Source of the DNA: Podarcis vaucheri
Taxonomy: Eukaryota
Length of the DNA: 64,000 nt
Assembly (NCBI GenBank): GCA_965113315.1
Contig: OZ220369.1
Strand: one strand, 5' to 3'
The notes under the pieces were generated by a model. It was not told where the DNA came from. It worked only from the letters and a program-made list of their open reading frames with translations, and searched no databases. A program made the position numbers and the translations under genes. Positions 34,642 to 47,358 of the stretch are shown one piece after another (the stretch's first letter is position 1; the number at the start of each line of letters is the position of its first letter).

Positions 34642-37342
34642 CTAGAGGCAGAATATATTATGCAGAAAATATGAAAATCTGTATGATTTCCTGCTGGTTT
34701 TCTTGGTGAAGAATAGACACAAACCTAACTCTCCTTAAAGATCAGCAATTACTTCCTCATCCTGCTCTATGTTCCCGTACCACCACTACCCAATCTCCTC
34801 GGATGCTTTCCGTAAGGAGACATCTCTTGGGGAAAGCTTTAGGATCACGGGCAGAGTCCTCAATCCAGTTTTTAAAGGATCTTGCTGATCAATGCCTCTG
34901 AGATCTTGGGAAATGGCAATCAGTCAGTTCCGGGCTGGATGAACCAATGGTCTGAGTCGGCATAGGACTATTTCATAAAGATTACCTTTGGTCGGATGTG
35001 CTGCAACTCCCCATTCTGCAGGCGCCAGAGCACATGCTGGGTGGCATCGCCCCCAATGCCAAAGTTGAGAGCGTGTAGAGGGGAGAAAAGCTCTCTCCAG
35101 ATCTGTGGGGAGGAGGAAGCGAATCAGCTGTCAGACTATTAAAAGAGAATTCCACTTACCCATCTCGCCTCTTACAAGTTTCTTTCTGAGCCACCTTACC
35201 TCGAACTGGTGCAACAGCTGCACCAAAGAATCTCCAATGAAGACAACCTCTGGTTCCTTGTCTTTGCTATCAGCAATAAAGCGATGGTGCTGTTTTTTGG
35301 GGAGAAAGAGGGCAAATTTCAAGAGACAAAGCTAAAAAAAGGAATGTCATTAGGTGGAGAGAGGAAGCAACCCAGGCATGCAGACCAGTTTCAAAATGAG
35401 ATGCAGGTGAGACTCACTATAGTTTTAAAATATGCCTAACTCCGCACAGGAGTGCTGCCTTAATCCCTCCTGCGTTAAGGCTGTGCACACTCCAGTTCTT
35501 CAAATCACATTAGAAGCACATTCCTCCCCCCTCAAAGAATTCTGGGCAATGTAGTTTACCCCTCACAGTGTCACAATTCCCAGCAACCCTTAACAAACAA
35601 AAAGTGCCCAGAATTCTTTGAGGGGGGGAAATGTGCTTGGAATGTACCTTAAAGTTATATTGCGTACGCAGCTTTTGTGCATTGTTAACGCCAACCATTT
35701 CCCATTCACTTACCACACAAAAAACTGCCATATATTTACATGCCAAGACATAGAAATGGAAAAAACTCCACTGTTATTGTGCCCCCCCCCCGATATGAAT
35801 GGGGTAGCTGAAAAGGAGGCTAAAAGGGGTATCTAACATTCATAAAGCACTTTCCACATTGTAATGTGTGAGGTGGTAGCCAGGCCAAAGGTGAGAAATT
35901 AGGCTTAGAAATAGAAACTTCCCAGGGGGCATAAATGTGCCCCATGCAAACTCAACACTCCGTTATTGGCCTTCAGTTAGCGGGTAGCATAAGAGTGGGT
36001 CCCACCTCCCTTTGCAGTATCAGGTGAGCCACACTGGTGATACCAGCACCATTTTCTTTTGTGATTATGATGATAATAATAATAATTAAAAAATAATAAT
36101 AATAAATTTATACCCCGCCCATCTGGCTGGGTTTCCCCAGCCACGCTGGGCGGCTTCCAACAAAATATTAAAATACAATGGTCTGTTAAACATTAAAAGT
36201 TTCCCTAAACAGGGCTGCCTTCAGGTGTCTTCTAAAAGTCTGGTAGTTGTTTTTCTCTTTGACATCTGGTGGGAGGACATTCCACAGGGCGGGCCCCACT
36301 ACCGAGATTATGAAGAAAGAAGAGAAAAGGAGGGAACATACAAGATTGAAATATTAAAAGCAGGCCCTGGCCCTAGCCTGCAAAAGCACCTCCGACAATA
36401 AAAGTGTTAATATTTCAGGCGCTCTGTTGGTTTTGCTGCAATAGACTTGACACAGCCTACACTCCTGAAACATTAAAAACAGGTCCCATGTTGATGGTTA
36501 AACGAAAGCCCTACAACTGAGGAGGTAGTAGGTGGTTTTATCGCTCTGCACCACAACAGCCCCCTTTGCAGGGGTGGGGCTCCATTCTGCATCCTTCTCA
36601 GGATCAGCACATTGGCAATTCTGGCCTAGCACACAAGAAATGAGCACACAAGCAACTGTACACTGCCTGAGGACCACCATGCACTATCGCCTCCACTGTA
36701 AGTCATTTGGGATTTCCCTTGTTGTTTTCCACTTTGGGAGAAAAAGCGGGTTGCAAATAGTAAATGAAGACTGCAAAGGCAGAAACGACCACGGCCTTCT
36801 CTCTCCAGGAAGGGCACTGAGTGACCAAAAGGATCAGAGACAATGAAAACGAATAAGGCTGCTCAAAGAGCCCATTGGGGCAAGTGAGAGGCAAGAGTCT
36901 TTTGTCTGTTTCACAGGTGGTTCATTCATAAGGATGTTCCCTCCCCTTTTCACCTTATCCTACATTTGCTTTGTTGTTGTTTTTTTAAATGCTGCATGTA
37001 ACCTGCTTCTTTCTTTTTTTTTGTGGGAGGGTGCATGCGTTTCACTCTAAAAATACAAATATTTTGCAAGCCTTTCGAAGCTGCTAACTGGGACTGCCAC
37101 CATTTGGAGAGGTGCAAACGAAAATCCTGGAAAATGCAACTGCACCCTCCCAAGGTGGAAAGCTATTCTCCCCCCCCCCCCCACAACCCCTCTCCTCCTT
37201 GCTTTGTTCTCTACATCCCGCCATCCTCCCAATGGGCCACTGAGCCAGCTGGGCCTCTCACCAGGGACATCCATCGCCCATCCCCTTGCACATCAGTGAC
37301 TGGGGTCGGGGTGCTGGCTGGATTCTTGTCGCCGTCACTCAT
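33269..37342 (-). CDS. PAFAH1B3: Platelet-activating factor acetylhydrolase IB subunit alpha1/gamma (SGNH hydrolase), 5 coding exons, 225 aa
   Basis: complement(join(33269-33535,33739-33861,34986-35102,35200-35289,37262-37342)); all introns phase 0. Has the GDSL nucleophile (IGDSLV), GTNN and the DYLH catalytic motif; lies next to CIC, as in mammals. Confidence 0.96.
33739..33861 (-). CDS. PAFAH1B3: PAFAH1B3 coding exon 4
   Basis: IVVVWVGTNNHGHTAEQVAGGVEAIVRVIHQQQPQARVVVL. Confidence 0.96.
34602..34639. repeat. (CA)n microsatellite
   Basis: About 19 AC units in a PAFAH1B3 intron. Confidence 0.95.
34986..35102 (-). CDS. PAFAH1B3: PAFAH1B3 coding exon 3
   Basis: IWRELFSPLHALNFGIGGDATQHVLWRLQNGELQHIRPK. 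Confidence 0.96.
35200..35289 (-). CDS. PAFAH1B3: PAFAH1B3 coding exon 2
   Basis: HHRFIADSKDKEPEVVFIGDSLVQLLHQFE. Confidence 0.96.
36070..36306 (-). mobile_element. L2 LINE 3' end
   Basis: (TAA)n tail + TTTATACCCCGCCCATCTGGCTGGG; same family as 40003 and 47311. Confidence 0.8.
37262..37342 (-). CDS. PAFAH1B3: PAFAH1B3 coding exon 1
   Basis: MSDGDKNPASTPTPVTDVQGDGRWMSL; ACCATG start, CTG|GTGAG donor. Confidence 0.95.
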
Positions 37343-37965
37343 GGTCCCTTGTGGCTCCTGGGAAGGCAAGAGCAGGAATGAGACCTCACACAATGAAAGC
37401 CCCCCACCCCTGTCCCCGCCCCACCTGCCCCGCACAGGGGACTGCACTACCTAGCCAGGGAAGGGAGGGGACTGTGCACCCAGCACCCAGCCCAGGAAGG
37501 CTAATTGCGCGCGGGCAAGCCTTCCCCTCTGACCCTCCCGTCGGCGTGAGTGGTTCAGTCCTTTCTCATCGGCTTCACTATGAATCGGCAGTCCCATTTC
37601 TCAAAAAAAGGGGGGGGGTTGGTCTTATGCCATTGGTCTTTCTCGTTCCCGCTTCAAAGCAGACAGCACTAGGCAGCGTGATGGTAAAATTATATTTTGT
37701 GGGCGTGGTGGTGAGGGAAATACTTAGGAAGCAGGACATAAAATTTTCCTGCAGGCTCCCCTTTTGATACAATAGCTCTGTCCACTGCTTCCCCCTCTAT
37801 GTAGCGCATAGTGGTACAATCCTCAAGAGCCAAAGATGCCCCCTCAAGGCGAGTGGGAAATACCAATAAGCACAATGGGGGGAGGGAACGCGGTTTGCCC
37901 ACAGAACCTCCCCCAAGGTTATGTAATAACTCAAGGTTCCTGCTTGCCTTTTAAAGCACTCTTAC

Positions 37966-38460
37966 CGACGAGCGGGAGTTAGGTTTCCTCAGGCGAAGGG
38001 AAAAGCGAGTTTGCCCGATTTCCCCCCCTCTCATGCGCAGTGGTTCGCTCTGACCTTATCCGCTCTACGCTTGATACAGGCAGTACCATTTGAATCGGAG
38101 GGGGGAAATACTCACGGGGTTGATCGGAAAGAAGCCAGTTGGTCCAACCCTTCAGCGGCGGGAGGAGCCCCTTTCGCCGCCGACTGACTTGACGTTCAAG
38201 CCGCCTCAGCTCCGCGCTTGGAAGCGGTTGCTTGTGCGGCCTCGGCGGAACCATCTGACCCCGTCATTTGAGGGGAGGAGGATGCATTCCTTCGCCACTC
38301 CCCCATCTCGTGAGGGAAATGGTACCGCTGTTCCATTCATCCTCCGGCTGTTCCTGGTACCCTCCCTTCCCCGACCGGGCTGTGCTGTGCATCTCCCCTC
38401 GGCTGCTGCTTCCTCGGTGCCGCCTTATGCATGCATAGCCAATGGGCGTCAGGAGTTGGT
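37966..38460 (-). promoter_or_regulatory. PAFAH1B3 CpG-rich promoter and probable non-coding first exon
   Basis: CpG-rich segment; minus-strand donor CG|GTAAG at 37966/37965; CCAAT near 38439. Confidence 0.55.
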
Positions 38461-38559
38461 GCAGGCAGGATTTATAGAATCAGAGACTTGGAAGGGACCC
38501 TGAGGATCATCTAGTCCAGGATCAAACCTGCAAGCTTGGCAGTATCAGCATCATGCTCT

Positions 38560-38991
38560 TCGTCACCCCATGGACCAGAGCACGCCAGGCACTCCTGTCT
38601 TCCACTGCCTCCTGCAGATTGGGCAAACTAATGTTTATAGCTTCGAGAACACTGTCCAGCCATCTCATCCTCTGCCGTCCCCTTCTCCTTGTGCCCTCCA
38701 TCTTTCCCAACATCAGGGTCTTTTCCAGGGAGTCTTCTCTTCTCATGAGGTGGCCAAAGTATTGGAGCCTCATCTTCAGGATCTGTCCTTCCAGTGAGAA
38801 CTCAGGGCTGATTTCCTTCAGAATGGATACGTTTGATCTTCTTGCAGTCCATGGGACTCTCAAGAGTCTCCTCCAGCACCATAATTCAAAGGCATCAATT
38901 CTTCAGTGATCAGCCTTCTTTATGGTCCAGCTCTCACTTCCATACATTACTAATGGGAAAACCATAGCTTTAACTATACAGACCTTTGTTG
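38560..38991 (-). mobile_element. BovB (RTE) LINE ORF 3' fragment
   Basis: RVPWTARRSN.SILKEISPE.SLEG.ILK.RLQYFGHLMRREDSLEKTLMLGK.EG.RRRGRQRMRWLD, the BovB C-terminus; flanked by GCATCATGCTCT duplicates. Confidence 0.93.
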
Positions 38992-39007
38992 GCATCATGC
39001 TCTAACC

Positions 39008-39524
39008 CAGTAGTTTTCAACCAGTGTACTGCGGTGGCACCGCGAGGTGCATTGAATAATGGTCAGGGGTGCCGCGGGCACCACTGGCCACCACCCCTCT
39101 TTTCATCTCTCCCTCCTCTGATGCCTTCTCGTGTCTTCGTCCCAAAGGCTTACACATCTGTTTGTTGCAGCAGCCTTGGCTACAAGCTCCCTAGGGCGAA
39201 TGGTGCCTCGGGGCTGGCCAGGGGGTGCTTCCCATGCCCTATAGGGCAATGGGAGGAGGCACCTCTCTTTGGGGTGGAGCAGGGGGTGGGCAGCTCAGAG
39301 ACGGGGGGGGGGGGAGGTACAGCAGCTGCTGCCCAGAGGACTCCCAAGGAGAGAGGAGAGGAGGCTGGGAGAACACTCCACAGGGGTGTTCAAAAAGGGG
39401 TGAGGGGCTGGCAGTTCTGCAGGCAAGGGGTGACATAAAGGGGCTCCTGAGCCCCACAGAGGTGCCGCAGAAAGAATGTAGTTGGTCAAGGGAGCCATGG
39501 ACTCAAAAAGGTTGAAAACCTCTG
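39008..39524. mobile_element. Non-autonomous hAT element
   Basis: TIRs CAGTAGTTTTCAACC / GGTTGAAAACCTCTG; 8-bp TSD (C/G)TCTAACC. Confidence 0.8.
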
Positions 39525-40002
39525 GTCTAACCAACTGAACTATCTGAAACTCAATATCAGATCCAACATTTGTGCTCATGATTGGTTTTTGTGTGTGATA
39601 GTAGTTGGAAGCAATATTTGTATAATGTTTTCCTATTTGGTAGTGTACATTTTTAGATTTCTGCATTTCCTTACATTTATATAATGCTCACCACACCCTG
39701 TAGGCACCATGAGAATAAGGCTACTGCCTCTGTATCCCACATTGCCTTTGCTTCTGCACGTCTGGCAGAAATTCACGTATTGAAATAAGGGCATTGCAGC
39801 CCTGCCAGGTAAAAATAAAATTGGCAACACTTTCTATTTTGGGGCAAATTGGAGACAGCAAGCTAATAGAAAGCCAGAGGATATTTGGCTCTCCATATTT
39901 TGTTGGACTGTAACTTCCTGAGTCATAATAGCTGGGACTGGCTGGAGCTGGGAGTCCAATAATAACTTAGCATTTGTACAGCGGACTGTTAACAATGTGT
40001 TA

Positions 40003-40433
40003 TAATAATAATATAATAATAATAATTTATTATTTATACCCCGCCCATCTGGCTGGGCCTCCCCAGCCACTCTGGGCGGCTTCCATAAAAACCAAAAATA
40101 CAATAAAATATCACACGTTAAAAACTTCCCTGAACAGGGCTGCCTTAAGATGTCTCCTGAATGTCAGGTAGTTGTTTATCGCTTTGACATCTGCTGGAAG
40201 GGTGTTCCACAGGGCGGGCGCCACTACCGAGAAGGCCCTCTGCCTGGTTCCCTGTAGCTTTGCTTCTCGCAATGAGGGAACCGCCAGAAGGCCCTCGGCG
40301 CTGGACCTCAGCGTCCGGGCAGAATGATGGGGGTGGAGACGCTCCTTCAGGTATACTGGACCGAGGCCGTTTAGGGCTTTAAAGGTCAGCAGCAACACTT
40401 TGAATTGTGCTCGGAAACATACTGGGAGCCAAT
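40003..40433 (-). mobile_element. L2 LINE 3' fragment with open ORF2 C-terminus
   Basis: WLPV.FRAQFKVLLLTFKALNGLGP.YL...LRS...[13 protein letters not shown]...FRRHLKA.LF; (TTA)n tail. Confidence 0.92.
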
Positions 40434-40839
40434 ACTTTGACACAGTCATCCCTACAACAACCTTGTAAGGTGGATCAGTATTATCACCTTATTGCAGAAT
40501 GAGGTGCTGAGGCTGAAAAAATACTCCAAGCCTGCACAATGTGTGACACATTAATCTGAATGCAGCCAATTGGCAACATATTGTCCACCACGTTAATGAA
40601 CCTATTTTTGCTGCAAGCACCTGGATGGTCATATTATACAGCTGATAAAAGCGCTGCATTACCTCCAGGATTCACAAAGTTGTGCTGGCCTGAAATAGTG
40701 GCCTTGCTGATGCAAGTTGTAAACCAAGGACTTTCCAGCGCTTGTATATTGAGACCTAGTCCACCCCATGGTGGTACAGCCACTCCTGGAGTGGCACTTG
40801 AATATTCACATTCACGTGTGAAGAAACATTGTGTGTTAT

Positions 40840-41107
40840 TAGTAGTTCGAAAGCACGCCAGTGCAAGTAGATAAATAGGTACCACTATGGTGGGTGTGGT
40901 GGGAAGGTAAACGGTGTTTCCATGCGCTCTGGTTTCCGTCACAGTGTTCCGTTGCACCAGAAGTGGTTTAGTCATGCTGGCCACATGACCCGGAAAGCGG
41001 TCTGTGGACAAAAGCTGGATCCCTCGGCCTGAAAGCAAGATGAGCGCTGCGACCCCATAGTCGCCTTTAACTGGACTTAAACATCTAGGGGTCCTTTTTT
41101 TTTACCT
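40840..41107 (+). mobile_element. 5'-truncated Sauria SINE
   Basis: GTTCGAAAGCAC...GTGCAAGTAGATAAATAGGTACC...GTCATGCTGGCCACATGACCCGGAA body. Confidence 0.85.
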
Positions 41108-42301
41108 ATATCCAAATAGGAACTGACCAGTGGAAGGCTGTTGCATTCTCTCTCTCAGCCACACAGGGGACCCATTTTCCTGAGAATCTCAACAGAACAG
41201 CAATAGGAAGGAATAGTGCTGCAGATCAACCCTGAAGGCATGGCACTGTAGGCATGCCTGTACCACACACTAGGTGGACAGTCCCACAGCCTTCTGAGGG
41301 GTCTAGAGAACAATAGCAGAGAATTCTCAGCCTCTTCTCATAACTATAGTCTGCAAGGTTCAAGCTTCAAGCGGTAAAACACTGACATTGTTTGTAGAGA
41401 AGGCATGTCCTGAGGACATGTAGAACTTAAATTAGTGTTGCTGTCCCTGTATCTGAAATTCAAAGGTCTCTAAGCTATTTTAGATAAATTTTTCTGCTTA
41501 TTTTGCATTAATAACCGAGGCTTGTATTTTAATTGTTTTAAGTTGCTCTGTGCAATATGAATGCACTGGAAGGCCTGGATGCCCATCTTTCTAATAAACA
41601 AATATGTAAATGGGGTGGTTTTCTGCTTATGGTAAACTGTGACGTGGGCTCTGTGGGTTTGGAGAGCTGATAATGAAAGCCTGTTGTAGAAGTGTGAACC
41701 TACAGAACACGCCCCCACCTCCTCTCGCTAATACATCCATCCTTCTCCCCTTTCTAGCAGAAAGGTGGAACAACAGAACAGTCCAGTTTGGGGTGAGGGA
41801 GATCATAGTATGATCTACTGCTGCAGAACAAACCTCACTTTAACATCTGCTAGATATTTGCTGCAGAGGCTCTCTGTGACTGTACTGTATATGTATATGG
41901 GAATATGTATATGGGAATCTGGTACACATCACATCTGGTACAAGTTTGAGAACTTTTTTGTTCAAAAAATACAGTTCTTGTGGGTATAAGTTTGAAAATG
42001 TATAGAAGTGTTTGCAAAAGAATTCAGCATGCAAAGGAGAAATTATCTGTGACACATGGTTTTCTCATCTTACCTTGTGGTTTTCACTCATGGTGTTCTT
42101 GCATGCCCTCAAAAACCAACATGCGACATAAGCTTACAAATACAACCCTATTAATATATTCTGAGTGCAGAATTTCAGTATAGCTCTAATTTAGAAAACT
42201 TGATTCCTTCTTGAAATAGCACTAGATAAAGCAAAGTGAAAAATCTTTCAAACTTCAGCCTGGGGATAAAAACCAAAACAACTGCTGTTGTGTCTCAACA
42301 T

Positions 42302-42307
42302 TTTATT
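42302..42307 (-). terminator. DMRTC2 polyadenylation signal
   Basis: AATAAA on the - strand about 440 nt past the stop codon. Confidence 0.55.
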
Positions 42308-42746
42308 GGCAGCGGTCGTGTAGGGAACGTAACACATGTCTTGTTCATTAATCATTTCAGTGTGATTTATTTTTAAATGGTAGAAATCCATTACAATATC
42401 CCATTTCTTCAAGAAGGAACATTAACTGCTTACACTATTTGTTAGAAAGCTACTCCAACATGCTATTTAAAAATCTAACAGTTTCTCAAAACCCTTTCAA
42501 AAACTCTGCCTGTTGCCTGGCACTGAACTAGTTAAAAATGAATTGAATGTGTTAAGTGATGCTGGCTTTGTCTTGCCACAATAAAGTGGTTGCAATAACT
42601 CAGCTGGGGATCTGAAGGAAAGAAATGCAGAGGCTGTGCCCCAGACCATGCCCTGTTAAAAGATCAGGAGAGAAGGGCTTTACCCAACTGAAGCCCTTCT
42701 TTTCACAAAGTATTATATATGCACGCATCCTCCCACTGTCAGAAGC

Positions 42747-42916
42747 CTAGGTGGGGAGCGAGATGGAGCCCATCTGGCCAATGCTTAGGGAAACAGAGGG
42801 GGAGGTGTTGGCCTGGTGGAGGTGGTTCGGCTGTTGTTGGCTTGGTGAGGCTTGCTGAACAGACTGGCTGCATGCTTGCTTAGATGCGAGGAAGTCAGGC
42901 GCTGCTTCTGTAGAAC
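42747..42916 (-). CDS. DMRTC2: DMRTC2 coding exon 8 (C-terminus)
   Basis: GSTEAAPD...[21 protein letters not shown]. Confidence 0.85.
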
Positions 42917-45900
42917 CTACACAGAACAGAGAAACCCTGTTAGATCTCTAACAGTGCAGCTCAATGGCTTCTTCCCCTATTCCTACCTATACAACAACCA
43001 CACTGATCTTGTGACAGCCATTCAGACAAGCCTCCCGCAGGGTGTCAGCCTGCTATTTGTAAATACCATGTGGCTGACCTGGGTTTGTTCCAGGTCAGCT
43101 AGAAGGTAACATGATTGGAATTGCATTGCCTTCTGCCTGATCCGGTGTGAACCCAGGTCAGCTACAAGCCGTAAGTTGACACACTGCAGGAGCCCTGTAT
43201 GGATAGCTCCTAACTGGCAACACCGTAATTGCCCCTTTTGAATTCTTTCTCTCAGACACTCTGGGTACTCTGCACATCATTATGACCATGATCCTTAAAT
43301 CCCATGATTCTCAAGTTGACTGCAATGCGACTAATCCGGAATAAGTGATTTGAATATTTCTGTCTGTGTTCTGAGAAGCCCAGCTGTATGACCTCCTGTG
43401 TAACCTTTTGATACAAAGGTGATGGTGTTTAAGCAAAGGAATTCCAGCAAAGCTATATGAGATGTCTAGAGCAGGTTTCTTATTTGCACCATGGACACTG
43501 CCACTTGGTACTTCCTTGTATACGGGAAGATCAGCAGAAGATTCTCAGTTTAGGATAAAAGCAATATGGGTGTAGGTATGTTTTGGTCACTGAAATCAGG
43601 TTTCCTGATAAAGGAGAAACCTGCTGAAGCTAGTTTGCATGCATTCTTAACAATTTCTCTGCAGGGACTGTTCTTGCTAACGGTAGGAATTTTCCTATAC
43701 ATCAACAGATCAAATCCTTTTTTAAAAAACAACAACCCAAGAACCCAGCATTAATATCTACAAAGAGAAGTAAAGATCCCCTCATTCCAGATTCCATGTC
43801 TGTCTGTACATGTCCTTAACATTTTGTGCAAATTCCTATGAAAGCAAACAAATTGCTACAGGTAGCAGTGCTGCATCATGGAAGGGCATTTCCAAAATTT
43901 AAAATACTTCAGTTTTGTATAGTGAGTTTTTCTAAAAGCTCAAATGCACATATTTGCATACATTCTTTCAATAACCCTTACAACAGCCCTGAAAGGTTTA
44001 CCAATATTAGTATCATAATAACTGTTATTCTCCAGCAAAAAAAATATCTAATTTTTTTTTAAAGTCCAGTGGCTATCACAACATTTTGCAGCCAATTCCA
44101 TGTTGATTGTGTAGTGTGAAGTATTTTTGTTGTTAGTCCTGATCCCACTGCCAATCACTTTCATTAAGTTCTAGTGTGTTGTGTGAGAAAAATAAAATCA
44201 AACCTCTATATTCCTTTATATAGCCCCCAGTTACATTTTGGGTACAGGGTGCTTTCTGCACATGTCATTGCTCTTTTGGAGACACTGTTTTCAAAAACAG
44301 TTGATAACACATATTAGTCCTTCTGGCATCGATTGCAGCTGCATTGTCTATAGTGTACCTTCTGGATCCTTGCTCCCTGGCGCATTGTGGCTTCTGCCAT
44401 GTTCTTCTCTTTCCTGTCCCTTGCTGGAATGCTTTCCTTCTTGGCTCTGCTGCTGATGGCATTGTTGTGATTTCTGCCCTGGGGGGGGAACTGGCTCTGG
44501 GAAACCTTCCTGAGCTATAATGTAGGGGGTAGGATTCAACAGTGACAGCCTGGGAAGCATGTGCAGTTCCATCCCAAATGGAGTGCATGGGATGCCAGAT
44601 TGTAGGGGCACTGAAGTGACGGACACATCCATTGGTGGGACACAGAAGGGCAGAATTTGAGAGCCACTGTGAGTGGAACTGGATGGAGCAAGGACTTCAG
44701 CATTTGTCTCTGAAATCCAACCACTGTCTACAGTTTGTGGCATGCAGATGGTATGTGGCATGGAGCCTGAGGCTGTGTGGTAGGTTGCCACATTTGGGGC
44801 AAAATGGTGGTGGCTGACACTGGAAGTCCCTCTGAGGCTGGGTTTGACAGCTTGGATGCTGGAAACCATTACAGAAGTAGCCACTTGGGGTGCCCGGGAT
44901 GGAGCAATTGAGAATAGATGGACATTTTTGTACTGCTGGGGAAGAGCACTTCCATGGAGTAATGGAAGGAAAAGAGGCCCTGGGGCCTGTTCTCCATGAG
45001 CACTAGCTGACTCTGGGGACAGCTGGGTTCCTTTCAAAGCTATATCCTTGGAAGCCTTTACAGGCTGAATGTCACATGGAGGCATGTAGTATGAGGGATG
45101 CTGCTGGAAGGGACTGGCCACCCCGGGGTTGTGAAATGTTCCTGAGGGGCGTGTGAAAGCTGATGAGGCCAACAGAGCAGGTGCAGAGCTGGTGGGGGGC
45201 AGAAGACTGGAAGTGGCCAAAACGGGACCTGGCTGGGGAGCATTTCTTAGCACCATCAAGGCTTCAGCAGCCTCTTTCTGCAGCTGTTGTTCAGAAAGGG
45301 GGGAGAAGATAAACCCCCTGGTGGGCCAGACCGAAACATGAGCAGAGGAGGTTGGCTGAAGAGAGAGGGGGAGAGACTATTAACCTCATGATTAACAAAC
45401 AGACATGAACTAGATTAATGAACGTCTCAGGTACAGATTCTGCTTGTTCTTTTTGCAGAGTTTGGGGAACAGAATAAGAGCAGGGTAAATCTTGCATCCT
45501 TCTTTGCTGGTGGGAAAGAACAAAGAGACCTGCAACACCTTAAAAGACTTAACCATTGTATTATAGTATAAGCTTTTGTGGGTTACAGTCCACTTTATCA
45601 GAAGCATGAAGTGTTACCCTGGTGAGAAGGTGCTAGCTGAAGCTTCGCCCATGCAGGTAACCAGCTCATAGCTCTGGACTCCTTTTCCTCGCCAGAGTTA
45701 AGAAGAAAAAAGGAAAGTGGTAGCGGCAATAAGAATGACACAAAACCGGCCTCTGCTGCAGGACAGGTCCTCAATTTTAATCTAGCCCCAGGTTGGCTTG
45801 TGGTATGGGCACTTGCAACATGGGATATTTTAATAAAGGTTTCCGATTAGAATAGGATGGAGATGCAACTCTGGCTGCTTTCCATGTATACAGAGTGAAG

Positions 45901-47310
45901 TATAGACCAATTATTAGTCATTTTACCAATTGCCTGTGCCAAATAACAATTCTTTGATTGAATGGATATCATTTAGCCTTGCCAATCATTGCTCGTGTTC
46001 TCCCCAGCTGTGCATTCTGCTTAGTCCAAGTTAAAGGGCTGGAAAGGAATAGGAGTTGTTTCACTTTCCAAGGGATAATGTTTACTGTTTCCAACACAGT
46101 TCCTCTTTTGCAGCCAGAGCTATGGCATTTCATAACTTAACATTAGACCAAAGAGCATGACTGGCTGACTGTCCCACTTTTACCCTCTCCCACTAAACCA
46201 CTGGACCAGCCCATGAAAACCCTCTACCAATATAAGGCCCTGGCAAGTTGGGGCCTTCTTATGGCAGGGAAGCAATCACCTACAAAATGGATCATGGGAC
46301 TTTTATAGGGGAAGCATCAGTTCTACTATTAGTAAAGAGGTTGCCCATTCCAAGACCTTGAACTGCTCTCCATTTCTCTGTGACAAGCTAACACACCTGT
46401 GAGTCACCAACTGGAGAGACATCAGGAGAGAATCCTTACCATACATTGGCATGTGTGTATTCACCCTCCCACACAACAGGGCAGACTAAATAATTCCGAC
46501 TGCCAGCTCTGCTACCTCCTGCAAGATCATTGAAATGTGTGTTCCCATCCTTCAGGAAGGAGGTAGAAGGTATTAATTCCAGCTCACGGGCAATTTTTGT
46601 GCAAGACACAAGGACCAAAATACCTGACCTCCCAAAGGTGCAGCCTTTGGACGTCTGCTGAAATCCATGTTGCCACTCAGGGGATTCAGGGCCATGCGGC
46701 TGGAAGAGGGTGGATGGGAGGGGGAAGAGAAAGACAGTGAGCACATTCAATCCTGTTTATAAAGTTCCTTACTGGCAGCTTGTCTCCCACTCGCCTTCTG
46801 TCCTTGCTAAACCACAAACTGTTGAGGGGGAAGAGGGGCTTCTGCATCTGTCATTCTCCCAAGTTCACTTTACATTTCCACCCACAACTTGCTGTTTGCA
46901 GTAAATGTTTGTTAGTATAGACAGCTGTTGCTGTACCAGTGCCAAAGAATAAAAGATAAATAATAGATTAGGTAGTGTCTTTCACTGGAGCAATTTTCTG
47001 TTTATTCATTATACAGGACCTGAAGTTACATGGAACTGTTAAAATTGTTCCTTAAATAATTTGTGCAAATACATTATTCTAGCAGTAAAGGCATATACCA
47101 CCCTCTGGTTCCACTCATAACAAGACAATTATTCCATCACTGTCTTTGCTATATCTACTTCATATCTGTGACATTGTACTTTCACTAGATTCTTCTGGAT
47201 CAGGGATAGGAATGTTTTTCAGCCTGAGGGCTACTTTCCCTTGTGAGTAACCATCTGGGGGCCACATGTATGCCCAAAAGTGGGTGGAGCAATGGATGTG
47301 ATGCTTTCTT

Positions 47311-47358
<48 letters not shown>

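Noticed and set aside
43310-43610. Exon-like stretch in the last DMRTC2 intron (acceptor near 43606, about 75 open codons)
   Set aside because: The phase-compatible frame stops after 24 codons, the long frame has no start or compatible acceptor, and I recognise no homology.
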